A stretch of 64,000 nucleotides of DNA from a bacterium (GTDB lineage Bacteria; Hinthialibacterota; Hinthialibacteria; Hinthialibacterales; Hinthialibacteraceae): the NCBI GenBank assembly GCA_963662285.2, contig CAXXMV010000001.1, forward strand, positions 992,001 through 1,056,000, in the 5' to 3' direction. A program made the position numbers and the translations under genes. Below are positions 50,666 to 61,527 of the stretch, piece by piece (positions within the stretch are counted from its first letter, which is position 1; the number at the start of each line of letters is the position of its first letter). The notes beneath the pieces were generated by a model. The model saw only the letters and a list, made by a program, of their open reading frames with translations, did not search any database and had not been told where the DNA came from.

Positions 50666-50691
50666 ATTTGTTTAAATTGATAATAGATTGG

Positions 50692-52005
50692 TTATTGCAT
50701 CAACTCACGATAATAGAGGTTTGTTCGGCTATCTGGTCTAAATCCACGGTCGCCCGGTTTACGTCCCAGGTTGGCGTTCTGAACAGCGTTGAGAGAGCCG
50801 GTGGCATTGGTCAAAGAGGCCTGACGATCCACCCGTAAATATATAGGGACGACGCCGCGGATTTTCCTACTCTCTTCTCTTTGGTTTGCCCATCCTTTAT
50901 ATTCGATCTCAACAATTATCTTGACTGTACCTTCAAATGGCTTGGCCGGGAAGAAATAAACCCGTCCGCCCGCATCATCATAAAAATCATCCAAATCAAT
51001 ACGGCGGTTCATCATGTTTTTCCAGTTCCGGCTGGCCGGCTGGAATCCCTGAATGTAGCCAACGCCCTCAGCTTCACCGCGAGAATCGAGTGTAAACTGT
51101 ATAGTTGCATCTTTATCTATATCAACAATATTGATTTTTTCTCCATTTGATCCGATAACCTGCATATCAAGCGCAATCTGTTTACTACCGCCAGTTGTGT
51201 TTCGAACAGAAAAATCATCCGGTTTTACAATCAGCATCGGAGGATTAGCCACTATCTGAATCGAATCCGCTGTAACGCCTGGAGTCGGAGTCGGGGTGAC
51301 TATTCCAGGAGCAAAAGTAGGCGTCGGAGTTGGATCTTCACCTTTCTCTGTTGGCGTAGGGGTTGGTTCTGCAATCGTCGGGGTCGGCGTGGGATTATTA
51401 TCATTGCCGCCAATATGAGGAACCAATTGCACATTATCAATATAAGCCGGAGCAGCGCCATCATAAACAAATTCTATTTTTTTCTCGCTGTCTGTGGCGC
51501 CAGCGCCCAGATTCATATTCAATGTCAGAGTAGTTTCATTAAATAATCCCTGGCCAGTTTCAACAGGTATACCGGCAATCAGCATCCCACCAACAAAAAC
51601 ACGAATCTGTCCGCCCGGTGGAACTGCCGTACAGAATGTCAAATCAAACCGCACATAATTACCTTCTGTTTTGGGAACCGCAGCAATAGACGTCCCTGGT
51701 TCTAACGACAGGAAATAATTCTCGGCGCCTGAGGGGAGAACCTCTTTACGCAGCACAGGAGAAATTTCGCCCGGCAGCCAGCCAATCATTGGAGGAGCGC
51801 CGACAATGAGCGATCCCTGCTGAAAATCTCCATTGGTTATCAGGTTTTTTTCCGCATCAATCACCTTTTCGGTACAGCCTGTTTGAAAAGGCACAGCTGT
51901 AGGAGCTGGCGTAGGCGTTTGAGTTTGCGTATAACCTGGAGGCGCTGTATAAAACACTATACCAGCCGCTATCAAACTATAAATCAACCATCTTGTGGAT
52001 TTCAT
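50692..52005 (-). CDS. Secreted protein with CBM-like domain and Pro/Thr linkers
   Basis: Signal peptide, NLITNGDF..YIDNV jelly-roll-like motifs, (PT)n linkers. Confidence 0.65.
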   Translation of the reverse strand: MKSTRWLIYSLIAAGIVFYTAPPGYTQTQTPTPAPTAVPFQTGCTEKVIDAEKNLITNGDFQQGSLIVGAPPMIGWLPGEISPVLRKEVLPSGAENYFLSLEPGTSIAAVPKTEGNYVRFDLTFCTAVPPGGQIRVFVGGMLIAGIPVETGQGLFNETTLTLNMNLGAGATDSEKKIEFVYDGAAPAYIDNVQLVPHIGGNDNNPTPTPTIAEPTPTPTEKGEDPTPTPTFAPGIVTPTPTPGVTADSIQIVANPPMLIVKPDDFSVRNTTGGSKQIALDMQVIGSNGEKINIVDIDKDATIQFTLDSRGEAEGVGYIQGFQPASRNWKNMMNRRIDLDDFYDDAGGRVYFFPAKPFEGTVKIIVEIEYKGWANQREESRKIRGVVPIYLRVDRQASLTNATGSLNAVQNANLGRKPGDRGFRPDSRTNLYYRELMQ

Positions 52006-52117
52006 GATTTTGATCCTTCCAAGCGATTCATCAAATTTATTTCCTCAAAATCAGCCGCTATAACCAAGAGTATCAAAAAAATCAGCGGACATCATATAAT
52101 TTATTAAAAAAAACAAA

Positions 52118-55100
52118 TTATCGTTGATAAATCGCCTCCAGCTTACGCTGGGCGGTAATATTTCCTTCGCTATCGAATATGCGTCCACGCGTAAGAATAG
52201 AAAACGCGCGCGAACGAACTGTAATCAGGCTTGAGATGCGGTTCATGACGGCTTCCATTTCCTCAGTTGTGAGAGGATCGTTGGTTCCAATATTTATCCT
52301 TTCGCGCAAGTCGCCCGGATAATCCTTCAGCAGATCTAACGTACGGTCATAGCGCACCCTCACCAAGTCAGCGAATCTATCTCGGCGCTTGAGGTGCATA
52401 ATCTGCGATAACAGAGTACCGGTATCCGAAAAAGGACCATCATCCGGATCGCTGACCTCAGTGGATAGATGAACATTGTTTCTGAGGTTACTAGCTTTGT
52501 CGCCTTTAACATTCTCAATATTCAGGCCCATACGATCAAAGCGTTGACTCTCGATATCTTTTAAATCTTTAAATGCGCGATAATCTCGTCCCACAGTCCT
52601 TAATTTATAATCAGTCATGGTATCGACTAATGTACGCGCATAACCAATCCGACTAAGGAAATCATCATCATCCAGGTTGTGAATTCCAAAATGCATATCA
52701 TGACCACCCGGTTGGCGTCCTTCAATAATATAATCGGCGCACAATGTGTTGAATTTATGGCGCGAGGGAATATCCTTCAAGCGACCGACGCTTTCCAATG
52801 GACAAAACGGAAGCGCGACCAGAACTTCACGCGGCGCAGTATTTATATTGATTGCTCCTGGAACAATGCCCTGAACAGCCGTGGTAATCATATTATAAAT
52901 CTGGGTATATTGGTTCTCCCATTGATCCAACCGTTCACGTTGCACCAGCATTTTGCGGAACTCCGGAGCGGCGCCAGCAATGCGTTGAACGATATCCGGC
53001 GTTGATAGTATTCTATTCCGAATCGCAGTAGCAATATCTTCGACTCGTTGAGGGATAATCGGCGTATTAATCGTCTCAAAACGATTGCCTGTAAACAGAC
53101 GGGATATCTCGCCCACTGTCGCCAACGGGCCATTCTTGACGTAAGCAGTATTATCGATAATATCCAGTTCATCACGCTGTTGGCCGGTCATATCCAAACG
53201 TCTTCTTGGATATGCTGGAACGTAGCCCGTGTTATCCCGGCCAGGCGTTCCTGCGAGAAGTACGCGACGCGCGATAGTATCGACGCTGTCTGTATCGCCT
53301 ACGCGTCCACGGCCAAATAACTCGATTCCCTTAAAGAAATAATTATCATCACCCATATTACCAACGTAAACGCCAGCGCCAGTTACATAATCTCCATTAG
53401 CTTGTGGATCCAAAGGCAATGGCAGTAGAAGTAAATCAGGACGGGTTTGTGCGGTAATAGTAGAATTATTGTTTAGCAAGCCCTGATCGCGGGTGCTCTT
53501 GCGCATAATGATCGTAATATCGATCTTGGCTTCTTCAAGCGATGATCCTATCAAATCCTGGCTCAGGTCTCTGAACCTCTCACGAAGATCAATGCTGAAT
53601 GCGGTGTCACCATTGCGCAGTTTAGAAAATACCGGTCGATGGACTCCATACAGAAAATTCTTATTGGCAGTATTGAGAACTTCACGTTTGGCTTTATCGT
53701 CGATATTGTTCAATCCTGGGTCCAAGGTAACAACAGCTGGATTAACCAGAACTTCACCAACCGGCAAATCGATTTCATAATTATCATCGTTCGGGCTAAT
53801 CGCCTTACGGCCAATCATCCTGATTGTCAGTTGATCATCAACATCGGGGTCATAACCGGCGCGAATCAGTTCGCGAACGCCCATACGCCATGTAAAGGCT
53901 GTATAACGGATCTGATTAGGCGAGATAACATCAGTCATGTTCTCAAACCCGCCGATCATGGAATAAAATTTGTTCTTTCCTATAACCGGAGACACGGCTT
54001 CTCTGGCGAAGGTATTGCTATCTTCAAATCGCTTGAATTGATTAGCGCCAGACATTTCATGAGGATACTGATAGAAATCGCCAATAAAATCCCACCCATT
54101 CCAGTGGGCGTCGTTTTCGGGGAAAGTATTACGATCCACGAATCTTGGTAAACGCAGACTGGGATTTTCGCTGTCGGTATCGCTTCCTTTGGAGGAAAGG
54201 ATATAACCACCAATTTGAGTTCGCTGAAAATCAGCGGTTGGATCAAGATCGAACACAATGGCATTATCAACATCTAACTTAATAGATGATGGAACCGTAC
54301 GTTCGCCTTCAACCGTTCCACTAACAACTTTCATCTGTGTATCAAAATGAGTCGGATCAGCGCGTTCAAAACTCTCCATGCCGCGATAACCGGGTAAAGC
54401 AATCAGATCAAAGTCCGTATCATTTCCAGGAATATCCACGATCACGTTATTAAAAGTAGTACGGTATTTAAAGGAATCTATGTAACCACCCGCCGGATCA
54501 TACAAAGTTACATATTTATCTTCGGGATTGTTGGTCAGAATATCTTCCTGAATATCCACTAATCTAAATCGAAGGTCGCTTAGTTGGGCTTTATTCAAAG
54601 GACCCACGCCATTTACGCTACTACGTATCAAAGCCTCTTCATTTTGCGCAATTACCGGCATCACAACGCGATTGGCGATGTCGGGAACATCAGGATAATT
54701 ATCCTTGATAAACGAAATCAAAGCATCTTTATCGTTGGCCAATAACAACTTGTTATCTTCCAATAACAGATCGGTCGTCGCGATCGTTCCGCCCGGATTT
54801 TTCAGATTATCCTTAGTAAGCAGAGGTTCAAAGGGAACGCCATTTCCCGGCAACCCGATGTTTGGCGTGATATCCCGACCGTCGTCATCTTCATAAGATG
54901 GTTTCATGCGACCGATGACAGTATCCTTTGGAAGAATGTAATGTCCATAAGGCGTATTGACCTGCCATCCGGAAAGGTCTATATCTTCAGTTGTCAGATT
55001 TACCAATTCGGTATACTGCACTGATGTGTTGATTAATTCGATGCGGTCAAAGGAAGTTTCATAAAAATCGCCTGATCCCTGTCCGCCAATAGGTGCGCCA

Positions 55101-58100
55101 GCGGTGATAGTAATCTTTAATTCACCATCGTTACGAACTTCAACGCGTTGATCAGTGTTAAAAGAATAAGGAGTTAAACGGTAATCCAAAGCCAATAACT
55201 GGTCATTGTAGATGGGCAGTACAGCTGTATCGCGTTTTATAAATTCTCTCTGAACTGGATCGAGAAACGGTCCGGTATTCGGCAGGACATCGCCATAAGT
55301 CGTATCGGATTTGAAAGTTATTTCTTCATCATTAAATTCATATCGCACTTCCGGTCGATATTTGTGATTGGGATGCAAATACAATACAACATAATAGAAG
55401 CCGGAAGGAATATTTTCGAAAGTCCAACTGGCTTTTTCAACCGGCTGCGTCCCGACCATCGTGGTCTGAGCTTGTGCAGGCGTCGCGACATTAGTTACGC
55501 CAAAGATAAATGCTGGCGCCATACTATCCATATTCACGACAGGCAATATTGGATTAAAAGTATTCTGGAAGCCCTCAGGCAAATAGGAATATCCCGGTAA
55601 AGATATACCACTGCCATCAGCATGAGGCGAAACAGCGCCCCAATTGGAATCGATCACGTTAGTAGTCAAGAATTTACCATCATCTCCAGCGCCGCCTTCT
55701 ACCTTAAATGATGCAGGAGAATAAGTAATTATAGTAGGATAAGGATTGGTCGGATCAGTATCGTTGAATTGGATGCTATCCAGCACTTCTTCCGCTTCCA
55801 AACGGATAACCGGCTTGGCCATAACTTCATTTATGCGAATCGCCTCAACCCCCTCAAACTTAACTGCCATTCCAATCTGAGCGGGATTGGGAAGAAGAAA
55901 GCGCATCTGCTCGGCGAACTCCTGCCGATCCTGCGCACTTCGGTTAGGCCCGGAAAATAAGCGGGGATGCATACGAAAAGCACGCTGACGGGTAGTATAA
56001 AGCGTAAACTCACGCATAGTGACCGGATCAGATAATACTGGATCATCTTTGGACCTACCCAATATCCTTCTTACATCAGAGTCTTCGCTAACCGGATATG
56101 GCGCCCATGCGTCAATATAATCAATCAGGTTCAGGGCTATCTGGAATTCAGGCGGATCTTCATCATAACGTCCGTCTTCATCATCATCATAAATTGCTAT
56201 ATAGCGCTCGCCAATTTCATCAACTTCGCCGTCGCTGTCGTTATCAACCCCGTCCCATTCCGGCGCGAACATCGCCGCTAGAACCTGGGGATCATAAAAA
56301 TCGGCGTATCCGTCAAAATCATCATCCGCCAAGCTGGAAAGCAACAAAGGATCAGTAATATCCGGTTTTTGAACTATGCGGCCTTCTTTTGTATCTTTAT
56401 CCGCTTCAGGATTACCGCCAAGACCGGGATAACCGTCTCCGCTCAGGTCGCCCCAGGCATCTTCACTGACATGCCATTCAGGATCATAAGCCAAAGATGC
56501 GTCACCATTGAAATCGCCGGTATCGTCGACCAATAGGTCTCCATCATCATCCTGTCCATTACCTTCGATCACCATGCCATAAATAATATCGGTATAGTTT
56601 TCATCCAGCGTTACAGCATCCCAACGCCGGGGAGAGAAATCTGCACCCTTTATATCCTTATCCCAACCGAGAATCCTCTGATTTTGATAAACCCGGTCGC
56701 CACTGGGGCTTAGTTTATCTTGCGGACCGAAGTCCCGGTCATAATCGCTGCCAGAGTCAAATGCCGGGGCGCCAACATCAGGTTCCCCGAATCCATCGAA
56801 ATCTCCACTAGCGTAATTGTTGCCATCCCAGTCATCGGAAGGTTCGTCAACCAGTCCATCGCCATCATCATCTATTCCATTGATAGTATTAGCTTCGGCT
56901 TCAGACTGCCAGTCGCCGTCATTATCAACCTGAAGCGCCAAGAGGTCTTCTATGTGAACTTTAGGGCCGTATTGAAAATCAGCCCGGTTCGCTGTTGGTT
57001 TGCTCAACGTCCAAACATCGGCGGCAAGCCAATTGCTGCTTAGATTAGGATTAATTTTGGCTACTTCGCTGCCTTTTGCGGAGAGCGGTCCTGATATCTC
57101 ATCGGATTGACTATAGATAGTGATCTCATCGCTCAGCATATCAAAGAAAGTCGGCTTTAACGCTGTATTGAGGTTCAATACGCCAACCATGCGTAAATCT
57201 TCTATAGTAGAAAACGGACGATCATCACCTTTAGGCTGAAAAACATCGAATTCGCTGGGATCGTCTGTACCTTCATCTTTTTCATCAATAAAACCGTCGC
57301 CATCATTATCGATTTTGTCGCCGGGTCGGTAATTGTCAGCATTATCGTGATCGAACGCTTTGGTAAGCGGTGAACCACTGGAGTTTTCCGTACTCGGTCC
57401 GATGTAGCGCTCGTCTTCTTCATTCATCAGGCTGTCGCCATCATCATCATAGCTGTTGCCTACAATTACATAAGGTTGACCGTCAAATTGAGTTAAATCG
57501 TTGAAAGCGTTGCTATATTTCTGAATTTTGACAATCTGTGGATTACCGTTATTGTTATCGTCTTGGTTATCTATTCCAGGTTGTTTAGTGGTTCCGCCGC
57601 CATTGGCGACATCACCATATCTATAGTTAACAATGGCTTTGGCCAAAGATTCGGCTGCAGTGGAGCTAAAATCACCCCGCACGATGCGGTTGAATAAAAA
57701 CAGAGGCAAATCCAGTTCTGAAGAGGACACGCCCAGATTATAAACCTGGCCATTCCCAACACCGATGTTATTTCCGGCGAAGTTGACATTGATCTTGGCG
57801 CTTTCATCGAATACGCCTAAACGGTCTCCATCAAGATCATAACCGGAACCAGCAGGGAAAAAGCCGTTGTCCCGCCGTTGGTCAAGTCCATCTTCATCAA
57901 TGCGGTAATCTTCATCATCATCGTTAGCATATTGATTACTATTGGCGCCGGCATCCACCTCGCCATCAAGGTCATCATCCACACCCATTAGCCCTGGCGC
58001 TTTATCACCTTGGCCTTGGCGCATAACACCGCGCATGCCGGTTACATCACCCGGAGGATCCTCGTCAACGCCTAATGGAATCGGCGTGGGGATAAAGCGC

Positions 58101-58507
58101 ATGCCTTTTCTTTCAAGCACTGAAGAAGGCCGCACATCCAACATATGACTGCGGGCGTCATAGGTTACATTATTGCCAACCCGGCCAGCGTATCCCACCG
58201 CCCATGGATCAAGCAGCGAAGTATATTTCGGCTGCGAACGCCCAAGCACGTAATGGGCTTTATCAGGATCCAAATCACGCGCCAATTGCGCCAATGCACC
58301 CTGAATGGCAGCTTCGGTAGACTCCTGGACGTTCGCGCTGGCTACATATTGCTGGAGGGTATTTTCTTCCATACGTATGGTATAGGTAAAACCAGCCAGC
58401 ACTACGGCGAAGATTGACAGTAAAGCCAGTACGGTCAGAAGCGCCACGCCGGACTCTTTAGCCCGTGCGGTACATGTGATTCGATGAGTATCCAGTTTAT
58501 TATTCAT
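52118..58507 (-). CDS. Giant GspK/PilX-like minor pseudopilin with acidic repeats and lamin-tail motifs
   Basis: G|VALLTVLALL (no Glu5), DESAKINVN, RPFSTIEDL, ININTAPREVL.ALP, ITVRS..F.I..RG and many DxDxDG repeats. Confidence 0.82.
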   Translation of the reverse strand: MNNKLDTHRITCTARAKESGVALLTVLALLSIFAVVLAGFTYTIRMEENTLQQYVASANVQESTEAAIQGALAQLARDLDPDKAHYVLGRSQPKYTSLLDPWAVGYAGRVGNNVTYDARSHMLDVRPSSVLERKGMRFIPTPIPLGVDEDPPGDVTGMRGVMRQGQGDKAPGLMGVDDDLDGEVDAGANSNQYANDDDEDYRIDEDGLDQRRDNGFFPAGSGYDLDGDRLGVFDESAKINVNFAGNNIGVGNGQVYNLGVSSSELDLPLFLFNRIVRGDFSSTAAESLAKAIVNYRYGDVANGGGTTKQPGIDNQDDNNNGNPQIVKIQKYSNAFNDLTQFDGQPYVIVGNSYDDDGDSLMNEEDERYIGPSTENSSGSPLTKAFDHDNADNYRPGDKIDNDGDGFIDEKDEGTDDPSEFDVFQPKGDDRPFSTIEDLRMVGVLNLNTALKPTFFDMLSDEITIYSQSDEISGPLSAKGSEVAKINPNLSSNWLAADVWTLSKPTANRADFQYGPKVHIEDLLALQVDNDGDWQSEAEANTINGIDDDGDGLVDEPSDDWDGNNYASGDFDGFGEPDVGAPAFDSGSDYDRDFGPQDKLSPSGDRVYQNQRILGWDKDIKGADFSPRRWDAVTLDENYTDIIYGMVIEGNGQDDDGDLLVDDTGDFNGDASLAYDPEWHVSEDAWGDLSGDGYPGLGGNPEADKDTKEGRIVQKPDITDPLLLSSLADDDFDGYADFYDPQVLAAMFAPEWDGVDNDSDGEVDEIGERYIAIYDDDEDGRYDEDPPEFQIALNLIDYIDAWAPYPVSEDSDVRRILGRSKDDPVLSDPVTMREFTLYTTRQRAFRMHPRLFSGPNRSAQDRQEFAEQMRFLLPNPAQIGMAVKFEGVEAIRINEVMAKPVIRLEAEEVLDSIQFNDTDPTNPYPTIITYSPASFKVEGGAGDDGKFLTTNVIDSNWGAVSPHADGSGISLPGYSYLPEGFQNTFNPILPVVNMDSMAPAFIFGVTNVATPAQAQTTMVGTQPVEKASWTFENIPSGFYYVVLYLHPNHKYRPEVRYEFNDEEITFKSDTTYGDVLPNTGPFLDPVQREFIKRDTAVLPIYNDQLLALDYRLTPYSFNTDQRVEVRNDGELKITITAGAPIGGQGSGDFYETSFDRIELINTSVQYTELVNLTTEDIDLSGWQVNTPYGHYILPKDTVIGRMKPSYEDDDGRDITPNIGLPGNGVPFEPLLTKDNLKNPGGTIATTDLLLEDNKLLLANDKDALISFIKDNYPDVPDIANRVVMPVIAQNEEALIRSSVNGVGPLNKAQLSDLRFRLVDIQEDILTNNPEDKYVTLYDPAGGYIDSFKYRTTFNNVIVDIPGNDTDFDLIALPGYRGMESFERADPTHFDTQMKVVSGTVEGERTVPSSIKLDVDNAIVFDLDPTADFQRTQIGGYILSSKGSDTDSENPSLRLPRFVDRNTFPENDAHWNGWDFIGDFYQYPHEMSGANQFKRFEDSNTFAREAVSPVIGKNKFYSMIGGFENMTDVISPNQIRYTAFTWRMGVRELIRAGYDPDVDDQLTIRMIGRKAISPNDDNYEIDLPVGEVLVNPAVVTLDPGLNNIDDKAKREVLNTANKNFLYGVHRPVFSKLRNGDTAFSIDLRERFRDLSQDLIGSSLEEAKIDITIIMRKSTRDQGLLNNNSTITAQTRPDLLLLPLPLDPQANGDYVTGAGVYVGNMGDDNYFFKGIELFGRGRVGDTDSVDTIARRVLLAGTPGRDNTGYVPAYPRRRLDMTGQQRDELDIIDNTAYVKNGPLATVGEISRLFTGNRFETINTPIIPQRVEDIATAIRNRILSTPDIVQRIAGAAPEFRKMLVQRERLDQWENQYTQIYNMITTAVQGIVPGAININTAPREVLVALPFCPLESVGRLKDIPSRHKFNTLCADYIIEGRQPGGHDMHFGIHNLDDDDFLSRIGYARTLVDTMTDYKLRTVGRDYRAFKDLKDIESQRFDRMGLNIENVKGDKASNLRNNVHLSTEVSDPDDGPFSDTGTLLSQIMHLKRRDRFADLVRVRYDRTLDLLKDYPGDLRERINIGTNDPLTTEEMEAVMNRISSLITVRSRAFSILTRGRIFDSEGNITAQRKLEAIYQR

Positions 58508-58543
58508 AATTCCACTCTATTTATGCGTCGTTATATGCTTGCG

Positions 58544-59920
58544 CTACAGATTACCTATGCTCCGATAGTTATTCGGCAAAAATACTCTTGTTGAATATTG
58601 CTTAGGACTGTTTTCACGATCTTTATCTTGCACATAAATGGTGATTTCCACCATGTTGGGCAATCCATCTGTTTTTTGAGCTATGCGCTGATATACATCT
58701 ATAAACTGACTGTTCTGTGCATTCCTGACGCTGTTTCTCAGTTGACGGGGATCTTTAATCAGGAAATCCATCAGAACCCCCTGTCCACCGCCAGGTATCC
58801 GGGGATACATATCTTCTGGTTCATTTACAATCAATTTAGTAAAAAGGTCTTCTCGTACGTTATTTGAGGTTGGATCATATTCGCTGTTGCTGCTGCGAGC
58901 TAATTTGTTAAACAGCAACTCATCAGGACTGACCAGCGCTGTTTCGCGGGACGAATCCCACTCTTGAACCATGCGCCAGCCTCCCCGGTTGTAATCATAA
59001 TACCAATACCGGAAGCGCAATCCGCGAATATCATAAGACAACACCTGGAATATATGGCCGGGATTCTGATTAGTCGAATTTATTTCGCCAATGGCGCCGT
59101 CTTCCGCTCCATCATCCCAATAAAGTTCGGCTTGTTGAACAAAACTTTTTCTCATTATCTGCCCAATTGGAACAGGTTGAGCAACAAGAGGTTTGAGGGA
59201 AGCATCGTCAATGAACTGTCCAAAATCCAGCAGTTGGGTTTTCGTACTCGCTTGATTATTTAGGTTTAATACTTGACCGCGTCGAACCAGGCGTGTTCCA
59301 GATGGATCCAATCCATAAGAAATCTCTTGCAGAATAATATCGCCCGAACTCTCCACAGCACTGACAAAATGCAAAATATCGCTGGGAAAAAGACCAATGT
59401 CTTCATCTATGCAAGCCGAATCACCCGGATCACAGCCCAGCGGATCAGCGCCAGGGCTTTCTCCGCGCAATGCTTGTTGAGCACCGCCAGCATAATCCCC
59501 GTCAAATCCATCAAGCACCTCTTCATCGATCAAGCCATCGCCATCATCGTCTTTCCCTGCGCCAGGGACGCTGGAATCCGGCTCGACGACAATATCGCGT
59601 GAAATGCCTGCGAATCGTAACCGCGGACCTGTATTTTGCGATCCAAAACCACCAACGACAACAGGTTTTACCGAATCGGGCGTCAAATAAGCCGCCCGTA
59701 GTTCAGACGACATAAAATCTAACGCCGCACGCGCGGTCTCGTTAACTTCTAACCGGCGAACGGCTATATCCCGTGCAGTCATTACCGCGCGAAATGTTTG
59801 AGCCGCCATGCCCGCCAACATAGTAATCACGGCGACCGAGATCATTAATTCCACTAAGGTAAAACCGCTCTCTTGTCTTACCGGTTGCAATCGCGAAGCG
59901 GTCTGATCTTGAGCAACCAT
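58544..59920 (-). CDS. GspJ/PilW-like minor pseudopilin
   Basis: G|FTLVELMI, ARAALD.M..ELR.A, EISY.L, LRFRY and LP.MVEI segments; one DDDGDGLIDEE repeat. Confidence 0.82.
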   Translation of the reverse strand: MVAQDQTASRLQPVRQESGFTLVELMISVAVITMLAGMAAQTFRAVMTARDIAVRRLEVNETARAALDFMSSELRAAYLTPDSVKPVVVGGFGSQNTGPRLRFAGISRDIVVEPDSSVPGAGKDDDGDGLIDEEVLDGFDGDYAGGAQQALRGESPGADPLGCDPGDSACIDEDIGLFPSDILHFVSAVESSGDIILQEISYGLDPSGTRLVRRGQVLNLNNQASTKTQLLDFGQFIDDASLKPLVAQPVPIGQIMRKSFVQQAELYWDDGAEDGAIGEINSTNQNPGHIFQVLSYDIRGLRFRYWYYDYNRGGWRMVQEWDSSRETALVSPDELLFNKLARSSNSEYDPTSNNVREDLFTKLIVNEPEDMYPRIPGGGQGVLMDFLIKDPRQLRNSVRNAQNSQFIDVYQRIAQKTDGLPNMVEITIYVQDKDRENSPKQYSTRVFLPNNYRSIGNL

Positions 59921-59982
59921 TGTTTTCGCCTTTCTTTCAAACCATCCTTATTTCAGAAGGTTCGATCTGCTTCAATTGCCAA

Positions 59983-61509
59983 CTACATACTCGACACAGG
60001 CCGTGACTGAAGCCCGCGCGGCTGTCCGCCGCTTAATATAAAGCCCTGGCTTGGATCTTTAAGATTAATAAATCCAACCAGTGTATATTCAAATTTATAA
60101 CAGTCCTCATCAATCTCGCCATCAAAATCGTTATCCAGGCCGTCTAATTTCTCTTCATCCACGCCCCAACTTATAGAACCATAGGATAAACGTTGACGAC
60201 GTATCACTCTTGGGTCATTTGGCACCAGATCATCACTGGCTTGTTTATCAATTTTTTTACTATCCCCATCGGTATCTTCACCATCACCGCCCCAGACAAT
60301 CAAAATCTCTATCCGACGCCAATTAGGCAATGGCGCAGCCACGCAATCTTCGTCTACCAAGCCATCCCGTCTTTTGGGAACTTGCGAGTATCCCCGCAAA
60401 AACGCCAAGCCGCGTCTTGTGCCTGAAGGAACAGGAAAATCGTAATCCAGGCCGTCAGGAATCTCTTCATCGATGAATCCATCTCCATCATCATCAATTC
60501 CATTGCCCAGGTCAGGCGAACCATCGCCATTTATATCGGTTATACCGAAACGGCCATCATTAGGTATGCGTCCAACTCGTATTTGCCAGGAATACTTTTC
60601 GAATGGCGCAGGAAAAGGGCAAGGGGCGAATGGAAAACAGGAAAGATCACAATCTTCATCAATAAGGCCATCGTGGTCATTATCAATGCCATCCCATATT
60701 TCCTCATCAATGCCCTCGTCGATTCGGCCATCGCCATTATTGTCTATACCATCTTTAACGGCAGGCAATCCCTGACGATCCGGCTCAAATTCTCCATCTC
60801 CGTCATTATCATATTTATCTCCCGCTAAAAGAGGCAACATGAAAAACTGCGATCCCATTACGCGCACTGAAGGCAAACGGCAATCCTCATCAATGAAACC
60901 ATCTTTGTCATCATCAATTCCGTTGGCAAACTCTTCATCCGTATTAGGTTCAGGATCATAATTATAATCGCCATCTGGAGCATCAGTAGCGAATCTGCGT
61001 GGGATATCCGTTAAACGCCTACTTGAACTATCGCCATCATCATCGACGACGCCATCGCCATCATCATCCAGACCATTAGGTTGAATACCAGAGAACCTTA
61101 AACCATCCGCTTCCGGCAGCCCATCATAATCATCATCGCTGGCGCGGTTATAATTCAAGTCATATTGAGGATTTGCACGAGAAAAGATACGATCCTGATT
61201 GAACATGATATCGTCGGTGTCATCATCATAACAATTGCCGGGAATAGGAATAATTATATTTGGACCCCCGGGAAGGATCGGGAAGTTTATCGGGTCCATC
61301 TTTAAACCCTCAAACATACTTTGCGCCAAAAGCGACGCCTTCGTCATATGCTCAGCTCTATAGCTAACTTCGATGCCATAGGGAAACACCTTCACTATAG
61401 ACAATAGCCCAATCCCCAGGATTGCAGCGGCGATAATTACCTCAAGCAGCGAAAAACCTGCTTGGCGGTAGTTTCTTTTATGTTTCTCTTGGCGGTTCGT
61501 GCCAGTCAT
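59983..61509 (-). CDS. GspI/PilV-like minor pseudopilin with a large acidic repeat insertion
   Basis: G|FSLLEVIIA, AS.LAQ...E, YSW, RRIEI.IVW; many DGxDxDxDGxIDE units. Confidence 0.82.
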   Translation of the reverse strand: MTGTNRQEKHKRNYRQAGFSLLEVIIAAAILGIGLLSIVKVFPYGIEVSYRAEHMTKASLLAQSMFEGLKMDPINFPILPGGPNIIIPIPGNCYDDDTDDIMFNQDRIFSRANPQYDLNYNRASDDDYDGLPEADGLRFSGIQPNGLDDDGDGVVDDDGDSSSRRLTDIPRRFATDAPDGDYNYDPEPNTDEEFANGIDDDKDGFIDEDCRLPSVRVMGSQFFMLPLLAGDKYDNDGDGEFEPDRQGLPAVKDGIDNNGDGRIDEGIDEEIWDGIDNDHDGLIDEDCDLSCFPFAPCPFPAPFEKYSWQIRVGRIPNDGRFGITDINGDGSPDLGNGIDDDGDGFIDEEIPDGLDYDFPVPSGTRRGLAFLRGYSQVPKRRDGLVDEDCVAAPLPNWRRIEILIVWGGDGEDTDGDSKKIDKQASDDLVPNDPRVIRRQRLSYGSISWGVDEEKLDGLDNDFDGEIDEDCYKFEYTLVGFINLKDPSQGFILSGGQPRGLQSRPVSSM

Positions 61510-61527
61510 TTTTCTCTCCCAGGCGCT

